Below, piece by piece: positions 40,915-53,504 of a stretch of 64,000 bases of DNA. This DNA comes from Eledone cirrhosa (taxonomy: Eukaryota). Position numbers and translations under genes: made by a program. The number at the start of each line of letters is the position of its first letter. The first letter of the stretch is position 1. A model generated the notes under the pieces. The model searched no databases. It was not told where the DNA came from and saw only the letters and a list, made by a program, of their open reading frames with translations. The stretch spans positions 153,574,001 through 153,638,000 of the forward strand of contig OZ024741.1 of the NCBI GenBank assembly GCA_964016885.1, given 5' to 3'.

Positions 40915-41059
40915 TGACCAAAAGAACATCTATTTTATTAATAATTATATTTTAATATTAATAACTCCTGAAAATTATTATTGTCGTTGAGTGCTTCCAA
41001 TCTACTGTAAAACTCATGCTTTGACATAATCATCGAATATTGTTTAACAAATTAATACT

Positions 41060-41098
<39 letters not shown>

Positions 41099-41176
41099 GG
41101 GGGGGGCAGAGAGAGAAATTTAAACAAGTTTTTTCTTTTCCTGAAGAGTGTATGAATTTTTTGGGAGCGGAATATG

Positions 41177-41527
41177 TACACTAGGATCCCAAATAATGGG
41201 GGAGGGGGTCGCTAATGTCTCCGTTGATTAAAAAAAAAACGAATAGTTACTTAGTTACTTAGATAACTGTAAATTTATTTTTTTTAAATGGTAGTTTACC
41301 TATTGAGACCCCAACCCACCCTCTTTACTTTATAATGGGAATTCTAGTAATGTACTTTTTTTGTTATGTATAATGATTTTTAATGTCTAAAGAAAATTAA
41401 TTGTCGCAGGAATGCTACCACTTAACATTTCGTCGGAGATAGATTAGCAAAATTTAATAAGGTGTGTGGAAAAAAATCTGAAAAATTAATAAGTGGTGAG
41501 GGGATGATTATTCGAGACGCAAGAGCA
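41177..41527. mobile_element. Tc1/pogo-like MITE (second copy at 44104-44408)
   Basis: Ends TACACTAGGATCCCAAATAA / TTATTCGAGACGCAAGAGCA; internal similarity to 44104-44408. Confidence 0.65.
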
Positions 41528-41832
41528 CATTCCCTACACACAACTTGACCTACTAGAAATAACAGTCACATTCTGATGTCTTGTGGTTACTATATATGAA
41601 AAAAAAAAAGTATCAGAGCTAGAATTCTTTCGTTTATTCATATATCAGAACAACCAAGTCTGACTTAGGGCTAAGGGTAAATAACAATAAATACCACACA
41701 TGCTTTCTGTGAAAGTGCTATTGTCTACAATTTCAAATTATGGCGCGCTTTCGAATGCAAACATTCAGCATAATTCGGGTTGCTCGACCTCTCTCTGAAA
41801 CTATACTCCGCGTCTTGTTAACTTGTTCATTA

Positions 41833-42194
41833 TTTGGCAGTATCGGTAGAGGGTCGGACGCCATGCTTTCGAGCATAGTTACGTCCCTTTACGATCTGAG
41901 TTCAAATCCCGCCGAGGTTGATTTTGCCTTTCATCCTTACGGGGTCGATAAAATAAAGTACCAGTAATGCACTGGGATAATTGCTGGCCTTGTGCCTAAA
42001 GTAGAAACAATTATTTTGCAGTATCGGTAGAGAGTCGGACGCCATGCTTTCCAGCATAGTTATGTCCCTTTACGGTCTGAGTTCAAATCCCGTCGAGGTT
42101 AACTTTGCCTTTCATCCTTACGGGGTCGATAAAATAAAAGTACCAGTAATGTACTGAATAATTGCTGGCCTTGTGCCAAAAGTAGAAACAATTA
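41833..42194 (+). mobile_element. Two tandem tRNA-derived SINE copies
   Basis: Same unit as 14821-15185, ending GTAGAAACAATTATT. Confidence 0.85.
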
Positions 42195-42734
42195 TTTTAT
42201 TTCAAATGAAAGATTTTTCAACTAACTTTCTCATTATCAAGCTAGTGTTTGGAACATAACTTAAAGCTTTTAAAAAAATTAAATACAAACATACTTCGAG
42301 AACCATATTTTTAAAGACTGCCCATAATTTTTAAATGATTTTGAAAATCAAGAATTTAGTAATATAACTAACTTTCTCGTTATTAAACTGGTTTTAAGCT
42401 GTTTATTACATAACGAATTCGATATAACTAGTTCCCCCCCCCCACACACACACACACACATCAACTTTGTTTCCTAATAGCTTTATTTTTGTATAATTTT
42501 AAAATAATGATAATAAAAACTTTCATTATTGCATATAATTTCGTTCATCATTTACTGAATGCTTTCGATTTGTATTTGTAGTAGGCTAAATATATATTCG
42601 GAAATTTGTTCATCACGCCTTCCAATTTCATGTTGATAATGGAATGTATCAAGATAATGTCATTGGAACGAAATGTTATTTATCTAGGAATTGCAAATAT
42701 ATATATATATAACAAAGGAATTGTGGTAAGGAAG

Positions 42735-42849
42735 CAGATGGACCATAACGCACCAGAGTACTCAATACTTAGGGTAGTAGAGTGGGAAATAGGAAAAAGT
42801 ATGACCCAAACGGCTTGAGCTCTGCCGTCGGGGTCATACTTTTTCCTAT
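42735..42849. mobile_element. Fold-back remnant, same family as 6748-6888
   Basis: 19-bp inverted arms 42789-42807 / 42831-42849 enclose AAACGGC-ttgagctct-GCCGTC (hammerhead stem III + GUC). Confidence 0.65.
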
Positions 42850-44103
42850 ATATATATTTCTTTTTGTTAGAAATTAATTTTATTCGTATAAATTAAATAA
42901 CATTACAAATTGTTTATAATTCTTACAGAATGAAAATATAAACATAATAAATACAATTAATTATCGCTAGAAACCTCACAAATATAAACACAAAAATATA
43001 TGATCAAAGCGAGAGAAAAAAAAACATCAATTCACCAAGTGCAACTATCACAATTTCTTTTAAAATTACTTCAACATAATCGTGATCTACACCTTCTAAA
43101 ATATATTTGTGCAAAATTTCATTTTTTTAAATATACATTATTATGGAAGTTATAAGGAAACAGTCCATCGTAAATTTAACACCTAGCTACGAGGAGGTAC
43201 TCATTTTCAGTAGAGTAGACTGGAGCAATATAAAATTTAGAATCGAAACCGTGGCATAACGATTGTGTGCCCAACAGCCTAATTACTAGACCACGCGACT
43301 TCACTTTTGTCAAGGGTTAGCTGAATAAATATTAATCCGATTGTACAAATAGCCTGGAGAAATCTTTCTTTCGAAAGTATAAATCCTTCCAACTGCATCT
43401 GAATAATGTTTGTTTTTCCCCCCACCCCCCAACAAGCTACAAGATTATTTTGGCGGCCAATATAAACTATAAAATTCGAATGTTTCCAACAATCTTCCTG
43501 TTTCTTTAAACCTTTTTGTTTTAGCTCCATACTCCACCACGGCAACTCAAAATACTCGATGCCCACTTCATTATATAAAAACATGTTTGGGGTTAAACAG
43601 ATATAACGTAAAATTGCCCCATTCTTTCTTCTCTATTTTCACCACTTCAATGTTTAAAAAATCCATTTTCTATTTTACTTTATCTGCTTTAAACTTTAAC
43701 CTCTCCCTAGTGAACAAAGTGGTATTGTTAACTGAATATGACAGTTTTTATCTACTCCATACATCCCAAGCCAATGAATGAGTCTCTCAGTACGTAGCGG
43801 TTATTAACCTTTGCTTTGCTCTGTAACCCACCACCACACTTTTCAAAATCTGATGCTCCACCCCTCTATGTAAAAACATATTGGATGGTAAAAATGGCAA
43901 ATTTTTATTGACGCCCCCGTCTGCTAAACGAGTTTTCGGGTAGGGGAACTACGAAAAATTAATAATTTACGACAATTTTGAAAGGCATATTTGTTCAAGG
44001 CACACCAAAAATCATAAGAATAACAAATTTCCCTTTCAAAACTATAACCAAACCTATCAACTAAGTACCATGGAAATTAAAAGTGATTTACTATAAAAAT
44101 ACG

Positions 44104-44408
44104 TACATTCGGGTCCCAAATAATGGGGGAGGGGGATCAGTAATTTTTCTACGTTGTCTCCGTTGATTTTTTTTTTTGAAAAACCAGAATTAATCGTTTA
44201 GTTTACATATTGAGATCCCACCTCATCCTATTTATTTTATAACGTATGGGATTTCTAGTAATGTACTTTTTTGTCATGTAAAATGTTTTTTAACGTCTAA
44301 AGAAAATTAATTGTCACAGGAATGCTACCGCTTAAAATAAAATTTCGCCAAAGAGAAGACTAGCAAAATTTAATAAGCGGGGTTGGGGTTATTCGAGACC
44401 CGAGAGTA
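44104..44408. mobile_element. Tc1/pogo-like MITE
   Basis: TA-CATTCGGGTCCCAAATAA ... TTATTCGAGACCCGAGAG-TA. Confidence 0.7.
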
Positions 44409-46815
44409 ATGTAAAAAAATGTTTAATTCCCATCAAAATGTTCAAATTGTCATGTTGGAGGTGTGCCTTATGTTCAGAATTGTTCTATCGTAGGTTCACT
44501 TGACTTGCTAGAAATAGCAGCCAAGTGTCCATAGCATCATAGAAAAGGAAGGGACACATTGGATAATGTAGTCCTATATATGTAATACTAATGTTGGGCA
44601 CAGCTGGAATGACCTTGCTCATAGGTCTGCTCAGTTAGAGCTGACCTGGGGCTAAACAACAACTCCAGTGATTGCTCACCTGCAAGAAATAGCAGCCAAA
44701 TCTCCCTCAAATTACACATTAAGCATTGAATCAGTATATATGGGAGAAAAATGTTGGATGATTATGGCTGGAATGCCTCTAATCTGCTCAATCAGAGAGG
44801 ATGTGGGGCTGAAAATGAAATCTATTCACGGATTTATTCTGGTTCCAGATTATATCAATCAATAATTGTGTTTTATATCAATGAATGTCTTCACGCTGTT
44901 GTTTAGTGCTAGGTCAGGACATATTGAGCAAACTTATAATCAAAGACATTCCAGCCCATTAATTTTCTTTTTATTTATTTACTCATTATCCAATGAATCT
45001 TCTGCTTTAAGATAATAGAATGTGATTTGAGAGAGATTTGGCCTCTACTATATCTAGCTAGTAGAATCACCATGTAGATATTCTCACATTGCCTCAGTGA
45101 ATGCCCTATAGATATGTAGCAAATGCAATTAGACTAACTCAAACTTTTATTCCTAAGATGATTAAGTAAGTCATTGTGGCTACATGGTGACCCTTTGGCT
45201 CCATAGATATTCGGTTCCTTTATTTTGGACTAGTGTCGCCATGTTGTTTAGAGAAGCAGTTAGTGTGAAGTCATTTGCAGATTGTTAGGAGATAACACTA
45301 TCCTCCCTCGACTGTCCAAGCACTCAGTACAGTTCAGTTTGTTCCAGCTACCAAAACAATGTAGTTGTCCATAGATTCACTCCAACACTTTGTGGTCTCG
45401 GCCTTTAGGTTAACTAGCTTTATCAACAAAGGTTAGTTATGTACAAATTTTAACACATTTACTACAAACATCCATAACAAACCATCACACAATTTTACTG
45501 TGAATTTCTTTGTTTTTCCTATTTTGACACAATAACTTCAAAGCAAGTTATTAATTAATAAAATTATTTAAGTAGTAGCTATTGTTATTCATTCATTCAA
45601 TACTGGCTATAGAAAACATATATCTCGACTCACTGCATTTTATATGGGACAGATCAACTTACACATTCACCCATTACTGCTACAAAATTCCTGCCACACC
45701 ACAATGAACCACTGACCAATTCAGACAATAACACACACAACATTTAATTCCTCTATTCAGTACAGATATGGACGTAGCATAGCTGAATGGTTAGGAGGTT
45801 CACTTTGCAATCATTAGGTTTTAGGTTTGATTCCATGTGGCATCTTGTCATTTACCAAACCTTAAGTTGATCCATACCTTGTGAGTGAAACTGTTTGGAA
45901 GCCCAATGGAGGACTATACATGTAATTCAAAGAGTCAACCTTGTCACACTCTGTGCCATACTGAATCTCCCTAAATATTGCATAAAGAGTACACATGTTT
46001 GTGGAATGTTCAATGACACTTTAATTTTATGAGCAGATCATTCGGTTAATTGAAAAACTGCAACACTCATCATTATAATTAACGGAGGTTCATCGATATA
46101 GATATTGATGATAACAATGAGGAAAACAAACATTTAGTTTGGCTAAACAGCCAACTATCTCTTCCTTTCAGAAATCAGTACCACTACTTATTTCATTAAC
46201 CTAAATTGTGATTTTTATTCTAGCTGTCTGTATTCTGAGTTCAAATTTTGCTGTGGTCAGCTTTGACTTTCATCCATTCAGGGGCTCCATAAAATAAAAT
46301 AGCTGTCTGTGCTCCGAATTCAAATCACAATAAGGTTAACTTTGACTTCCATCCATTTGGGAGCTCCATAAAATAAAGTACTGGTCAATGGGCAGAAGAA
46401 TTGTTAGAGAATAGAATGAGATGTCTTGTTGTTTTTGTTCCAACTCTTTGCATTCTGAATTCCCACTGCAGCCTACTTGGGCGTTAAACTTAATTTGTTG
46501 CTAGGGGATTTGATGCCAAGCTGCTTGAAACTACCCAGAATTTTATGTTAGAAAACTGTTTACTTTAAAATGCTTGTATTTATCTAAAACCTTTCAGTTA
46601 TCATTTTATGTAAGAATCTTTGTTCCAAACACCAGCTTAATAATGAAAAAGCTAGTTACATTGTTAAATCCCTCCAAGTTCTTGATTATTTTCAAAATTA
46701 TATAAAAATCATACAAATATAGTAACAAAAGGATTAAAGTGTTTATATTTATCTAAAAACATTGTATCATAATTTTATGTAAGAAGCTTTGTTATGTTAT
46801 ATTCCAAACACCATC

Positions 46816-47021
46816 TTAACCCTTTAGTATTCATATTACTCTATATTTACTATTGTATTTTCATGGTAAAAGCTATATCTCACATAATATGGAATCTATG
46901 AGATTTTGATATTATTTATTTTAAGAACAGTACCTTAACATCAGTATGAACAGCCGGTTTGAACAGAAAGAAGTGCGATAATTCTGGCCGGATAAGGCTG
47001 GTTTAAATGCTAAAGGGTTAA
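46816..47021. mobile_element. piggyBac-like MITE nested in another repeat
   Basis: Reverse orientation of 25741-25958. TTAA is duplicated, and the empty site CCAAACACCAGC-TTAA-TAATG is visible in the adjacent host-repeat copy near 46625-46645. Confidence 0.85.
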
Positions 47022-48923
47022 TATTGAGAAAGTTAGTCATATTACTAAATCCCTCAAAACTGTTGATTATTTTCAAAATTATATGAAAATCATAAACAAT
47101 GTCTTTCATTAGAAATATGTTAATGAAAAGGTTATCACGACCACCTTTCCCTAACAGAGTTCTCTCAGTTGTGAGTATTTGGGTCAGATCTCTGGTTTGA
47201 GTACATCCATCTCCCTTCCAGCAATCTTGGAGGAAAGAACTGCAAGCATGAAACATGTGATCTGCTATACATTTCAACAAACATTATTAATTCAAATCCC
47301 GCCGAGGTTGACTTTGCCTTTCATCCTTACAGGGTTGATAAAATAAAGTACCAGTAATGCACTGGGTGATTGCTGGCCTTGTGCCTAAAGTAGAAACAAT
47401 TATTAAAGTTGTTATTTTAACATGAGACAGTCACTAGAATATATACAAATATGGCTGTAATACTATTAGTATCCTGGTTTTTAGAATAGGTACACTGTAT
47501 CCTTGTGTCAGAAGAGGTGACTAAAAGGGTTGACAGGAAGACCATCTGGCTGTAAAACACTGTCTCCAAACATCCTGTGCCAGCATGAAAAGTTTGGTTA
47601 AAAACAATGATGAAACAATGTTATTTCTAGAGAGAAAATTGGAACACCATATGCCTGCATGTAATAAAATGCAACTAAAAGGGTTGGCATCAGGATGTAA
47701 AGAATTATCTCAAAACAACTCATCTAACCCATGCATAGAAAAGTGGGTATAAAAGATGATGGTGGTGGTGACTATGTTATGAATTCAAATCCTTCTTCAT
47801 ATAGAATTTAACAATAAAAATGCTGTTTTCGAAACAAAACACTCAAAGCCTACAAACATAAATTTCAAGAGGTGACAATATGGAGAGATAATGTTTATCC
47901 AATGATCAGACAATTGCTAGCAACTTAAGAGAAATTGTAAACATGTCAGCTCCAGCCATTAAACTAATGATAACAGAGTAAGGATATTAACTATAATTAG
48001 AAATGTTTCACACAAGTCAGAAGTTTCCAGAATGATTGTTATATCATGGTTTACTGCAATGGTCCCCAATCTTTTCACTGCCAACAGCCCCTTTTATTTA
48101 AATAAATTTTCCCATGGAATCCTCCACCCTACCCTCTACTACAACAAATCCTCTCCCAGATTGTTATATAGCCAGAATAACATTTGAAAGAGAGAAATCA
48201 TTATACTTGGAGAAGAATGGCTACCAAATAATGTGTGGTATTTATAATATGGTATTTGTAACATAACAAAAGGTTTGTAGTGACCCCTTATATAAAATTA
48301 TGGTGGAAGATTTTTGTTTAAATAGAAACCCTTTAAAATGAGTGGTATTTTGTGGGTTGGTATTGAAAGGATTAATAAAAATAACTTAGTGATATTAGCA
48401 GTAAATAGAACTTCACAAATGATTAGTGAAAGTGGGTAAGTAATTGCTTGTTTCAAACCAATCCCTTGTATAAACAAGACAGCTTCTATGATTGTCCAAT
48501 GTACTTAAGTAACCATAATTAGTTTGCGCCTGCTGTAACATCTACAGGCTTGTCTTATAATATACACTATAGCATCAAAACATTGCTGCTGTGTCAACTA
48601 CAATCTATATATGTTTGTCCTATAATATACACTATTATAACATCAAAAACGAACATGGCTGCTGTGTCAGTCATTTATTTGGTATTATTGTATTAATTAA
48701 AACCAATTTATAACTGCATCACATTAAAAATTTATTTTTACTGAAATACTGCAAATTTTCAGTAATTTGTCCAATAATAAAATCAGTAATTAAAGATATT
48801 ATAAACCACTAACAAACCACATGAGCAAGATATTAAAATATACAAACAACACTATGACAGCATCACATTAAATATTAAAGTCTTTACTCAAATTTTCATA
48901 TATATATATATATATATAATAGA

Positions 48924-48998
48924 GCTGTCTGATGAGATCCTGGCACCGGCTAGGCGGAATCGCGTGGCCACTGTTGTCATTGAAATATGTATCACAGC
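48924..48998 (+). ncRNA. Type I hammerhead ribozyme with extended stem II
   Basis: Stem I GCTGT/ACAGC; CTGATGA 48929-48935; GAAA 48982-48985; stem III TA-tg-TA; AUC cleavage after 48993. The first stem II pair is G-U instead of G-C. Confidence 0.78.
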
Positions 48999-49069
48999 CT
49001 TGTCAATAAAGGACTTTAACATCTGCAACTACTTCGCATTTTCTAATTCTCTCTCTCTATATATATATA

Positions 49070-49530
49070 TCATCATCATCATCATTTTACGTCTGCTTTT
49101 CCCTGCTTGCAAGGGTGGGACGGGTCTTATTCAGCACAGCATCTCTCCACTTGTCACGGTCCTTCGTCATCTCCACCATGAGCTTCAGCGATCTGAGGTC
49201 TGTTCTCACCATCTCCGCCCATGTTTTTCGTGGTCTACCTCTACCACGTCTTCCTTAAACTGGCATTTCCTGGCACTTCTTCACCCATCGGTCATCCTCC
49301 ATGCGCATCACATGTCCATACCACCTGTCTCCTCTCTCACACACTACATTCTATCCCTCTCAGACACAGTTTCTCTCTCAACACATTTATGCTGGGTCGT
49401 TCACGCACATTGACATTGCATATCCAACGGAGCATGCTTGCCTCATTTCTCTCCAGCTGTCGCATATCCTCTGCAGTTGCTGCCCATGTCTCTCTACCAT
49501 GCAGCATCGTGCTCCTCACACAGGTATCAT
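49070..49530 (-). mobile_element. RTE-like LINE 3' fragment
   Basis: YDTCVRSTMLHGRETWA...LERNEASMLRWIC and a (GAT)n tail. Confidence 0.82.
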
Positions 49531-49533
49531 ATG

Positions 49534-49569
<36 letters not shown>

Positions 49570-50310
49570 GTACGATTTGTAATGCCTTCATTACTTTTAT
49601 TGATTGGTGATGCGCATTTCGCTATTGATCAGCTCAAGGTTCGATCTGTATCAATCTAGCCTGACTCTGGAATCAAAAGATCGTCGGACATCTGCTGTGG
49701 TAATGACAGAACGAACATATAAAGAATAGAGACGTCTGTAACATTTTGCATTAATGAAGATATAACAAATTAAGGTAGTACTCAATGCATGTTAAGTTAC
49801 AAAGTAGATATAGATATATTAATAATTTGAATATATTCAAAATAACATATTGAAATAAAAAATCATTAATATTCCTCTTCCTAAATGAGCATACTTAATG
49901 AGTTAATATAATTATGCATACATACATATATTATGAATATATGTATGTATATGGGCATAATAGGAGCGTGTGAACACATAGTAAGAGGAATAATTGATAA
50001 CAATAAAACATAAGCACATCAAATTAACACACACTCACAACAGGAACAGTGTGTGTATACATATATGTATATATATATATATACATTAGCGACATCAAAT
50101 GTGTGTAATATTAATTTAAAAAAAAAATTATCTTCTTTAATAGTTTTTGTTTATTTAAAGGCAAGTTTTATTTGGAAATACCAGCGACACCAGTCATTAA
50201 TTAAAACTTGAAGAAAAACACTCTCCTTCATCCCCGCTCCTTACAACTTATTGCTTCTTTATCATTTTTGTTGATGTTTTTGTTATTATTATTAAGGCTG
50301 AGACGGTGGA

Positions 50311-50491
50311 TTGGCAGTATCGGTAGAGGGTCGGACGCCATGCTTTCCAGCATAGTTACGTCCCTTTACGATCTGAGTTCAAATCCCGCCGAGGTTGACT
50401 TTGCCTTTCATCCTTACGGGGTCGATAAAATAAAAGTACCAGTAATGCACTGGGTATTTGCTGGCCTTGTGCCTAAAGTAGAAACAATTAT
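50311..50491 (+). mobile_element. tRNA-derived SINE
   Basis: Same family as 41833-42194; flanked on both sides by ATTATTAAGGCTGAGAC-like sequence. Confidence 0.85.
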
Positions 50492-51312
50492 TAAGGCTGA
50501 GACTAGCTTTACCTTTTATCCTTAAAATAAAGGAGCAGTAATGCATTGGGGGTCGATTTAATTAACTTTCCCCTCCCCTTTAAATTGCTGGCCTTGTGCC
50601 TAATTATTAACAACTGCTTAACGGAATTTATTCTGAATTCAAATCTCAAGGTCAACTTTGACTTTCATCCTTCCAAGGGTGATAAAATAAATTACGAGTA
50701 AGTACTTAAGACTTTAGATCTTTTTTAGATTAGTAAGTACTGGGGTCAATAAAATCAACTTTCTTCTCCCCCAAATTGTGGCCTTGTGCTTAAATTAGAA
50801 GTCATTATTAAAAACCCAGTCATTGGGCTCTGAATGCTATTGCTGCTGTGTATTAAGTCAGTTTTTATTATTTAGTGGTACAGACAGTTTAGATTCTCAT
50901 TACAATCAGTTGGTGAAGATTAAAAAACACAAAAAAAATCTACAGGGTTATCCCCACTCCACAGAGAAAATTATATTGAAAACATAAAATGTTTTGGTTT
51001 CATTTCTGCTCAAGACAATTTATTTATATATTTATTTACCCTACTTATATATACAGTAGGTTTGGCTGTAAAAACAGGAGAAACAAAATTCATTACATAG
51101 AAAATATATAATTTTATTATACCTTGTTCCAAAAAGTGGATTAAACATGAAAACTCTGGCCTGCAAGTCACTAATATAGTTTTGCAGCTCAAATAATATA
51201 GATATATATGGTCATTTATGAAGCATCAAGCAAATTTGAAATTTTGGCAGAAAATAGAGTTGACTTGAAGACATATTCCATGGTGAGACATTTAAATTTA
51301 ACAGTCGTCTGT

Positions 51313-51702
51313 TAGGTCACAAGAGCAGTTGAAAAGCTCAAGGCTGCAGGGGGGGAAGATGAAATCTGCCCTGAGATGTTTAAAGACTTAAATAGAGACT
51401 TGTGTGTGCCGGGTGGCCTGGATCTCTGGAAGGGCTTGATGCAATGTTGCGAAAACTGAGACACTCGATCTATCAAGGAAGCCTTCACAGTGCACTCTAT
51501 ATGAGAATGGAGTTTCACTGAAGCAGGTAGAGATGTTCAAGTATCTCAAGGTCGTTTTCACGAGTGATTGCTGGTGCAGTAATGCACTAGATTCATCATT
51601 CGGTAATCAGAAGGGAGGCAGGTATAAAATCCAAACTCGCTATCTTCAATTCACTATTTGTGGCAACCTATGGTCATGAATCTTGGCTAATGACTGAAAG
51701 AA
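51313..51702 (+). mobile_element. Heavily deleted RTE LINE remnant related to 60225-62226
   Basis: Shares CTGAGATGTT, GGGTGGCCTGGATCTCTGGAA and AAAACTGAGACACTCG blocks with the 60-62 kb element. Confidence 0.7.
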
Positions 51703-51706
51703 TCAT

Positions 51707-52040
51707 CATTTCATTTTACACCCGCTTTTTCCCTGCATGCAAAGGGTGGGACGGGAACTGATTCTGGCTCGATTTCTACAGCTGGATGCCCTTCCTAACA
51801 CCAACCTCATTTACAGTGAGTGCTGGGTGCTTTTTTGCCGTGTCACCTCCACAACCACTTTGCAGTGGAATGATAGGGATCGCAGTCCCTATCATCTCAT
51901 TTCTACAGCTGAGTAAACTGGAGCAATATGAAATAAAGTGTCTTGCTCAAGGAAACAACACATCACCCGGTCTGAGAATTGAACTCACAACTTTTCGATT
52001 GCAAGGCCAATGCTCTAACCACTAAGCCATGTGCCTCCAT
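51707..52040 (-). mobile_element. tRNA-derived SINE (copy of 17650-17990)
   Basis: High similarity to 17650-17990. Confidence 0.8.
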
Positions 52041-53161
52041 ATGAAAATATTTCTTGATTACTGATATTCGTATCTGATGCAAATATATGTCTCCTTTACA
52101 TAAATACATATTTTGTTCCAAACACACACGTTAACCAAGGAGTTTCTATATTCTATATAGGTCTCTTATCTCAAAGACAATAAGAAATTTATCATCTTAT
52201 GCCTGCTTTCCATGCTGGTATGGGTTGGAGAAACAACTTGGTCATGCTCCATATTTTAGCATGGAGTCTATCACTGGATGCCTTTCCTAATGCTAATTAA
52301 TTTGTAGAATATACAGGGTACATTTTATCATGGCACCAGCACTACTACTCTTGAATCACTGCAATATATAAACATACATACATACATAAAACTAGTCATA
52401 GCATTTTGCTATGTTAAAATTTAGGACCATAGGCCACAATAATAAAGGTAGTAAGTATAGCCAGAAAAGATGAACTGTTTTGAAGCATAGGCCTGCACAA
52501 GCAGTCAAATGTAATTAATTTTTAACAGCCTGTAATGATTTAGAAGAAAAAAATAGGGTTGTTAATTCAAATGTTTATAGTATCTTTATTACTGGAAAGA
52601 AAATAGTGAAAATTTCTATTTTGAATATGCTTGTTAATTCAAATGCTTATAGTATCTTTAATAATGGAGAGAAAATTGTGAAAATTTGCAGTATTTAGAA
52701 TAAAAACTTTAGATAGTACTGTTTTGTATTTTTCAAGTATATCTTGTTTAGTTTTGTGGTTTATAGTATCTTTACTATTGGACGGATCGTGAAAATTTGC
52801 AGTACTAGAGTAAACACTAATTTTTAATGTGATGCAGTCATAGTGCTGTTTGTATTTTTCAAGAATGCCTTGCTAATGCAGTTTCACGTGGCACAGGGTG
52901 CTAATAATAGTTAAACAGTAACAACCACAGTAAAAACAAAAACAAAAAGTACAACTCAACTGGTTTTTGTTATTTTTTTAAGTTTATTTTTCAAAAAAAA
53001 AAAAAAAAAAGGAGAATTTTTTAAATGAAAAGATGAAGAATGACAGTTAACTTTTCTTTAATTCCTGCAATGAACTGAAATAGAAAATTCATTCACATAT
53101 TGAAAGTTAACTGAGAAAGGGGTTAAACAATTTTCCCATCTGCTATATTAATGAAGCAAAG

Positions 53162-53504
53162 TTAATTCCTCTGGTATGGATTATATCTATAGTCTCTGTG
53201 CTGGCCATAGTATGGACGTCCTTGGTAATGGTTTTGATAGCCACCACGGTAACCTCCACCTCCACCACCACCATGATTTCTTCCACCATGGTAGCCACCT
53301 CCTCCACCACCGCCACCGTGATAACCACCCCCGTAGTTCTGATAGCCACCACTGCGATCACGATAGTTGCCACCACGATCATGGTAGTTGCGGTAGCCAC
53401 CACTGCGGTCATAGTATCCTCCACCTCGATCATGATATCCACTGCGGTCTCTGTAGCCACCACCACGTCCGCCATGCCAACCCCTGCGATCACGGCCATG
53501 ATGC
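53162..53504 (-). CDS. RAMAC: RNA guanine-7 methyltransferase activating subunit (RAM/FAM103A1), last coding exon
   Basis: Acceptor TTTTTTGTGTGCAG| with phase 2 matching the preceding exon. R/G/Y-rich HHGRDRRGWHGG...YNPYQRN*. AATAAA on the minus strand at 52983-52988. Confidence 0.85.

Noticed and set aside
45770-45850. tRNA-like sequence
   Set aside because: Degenerate A/B boxes with no cloverleaf, continuing into a SINE body; a SINE head, not a tRNA gene.
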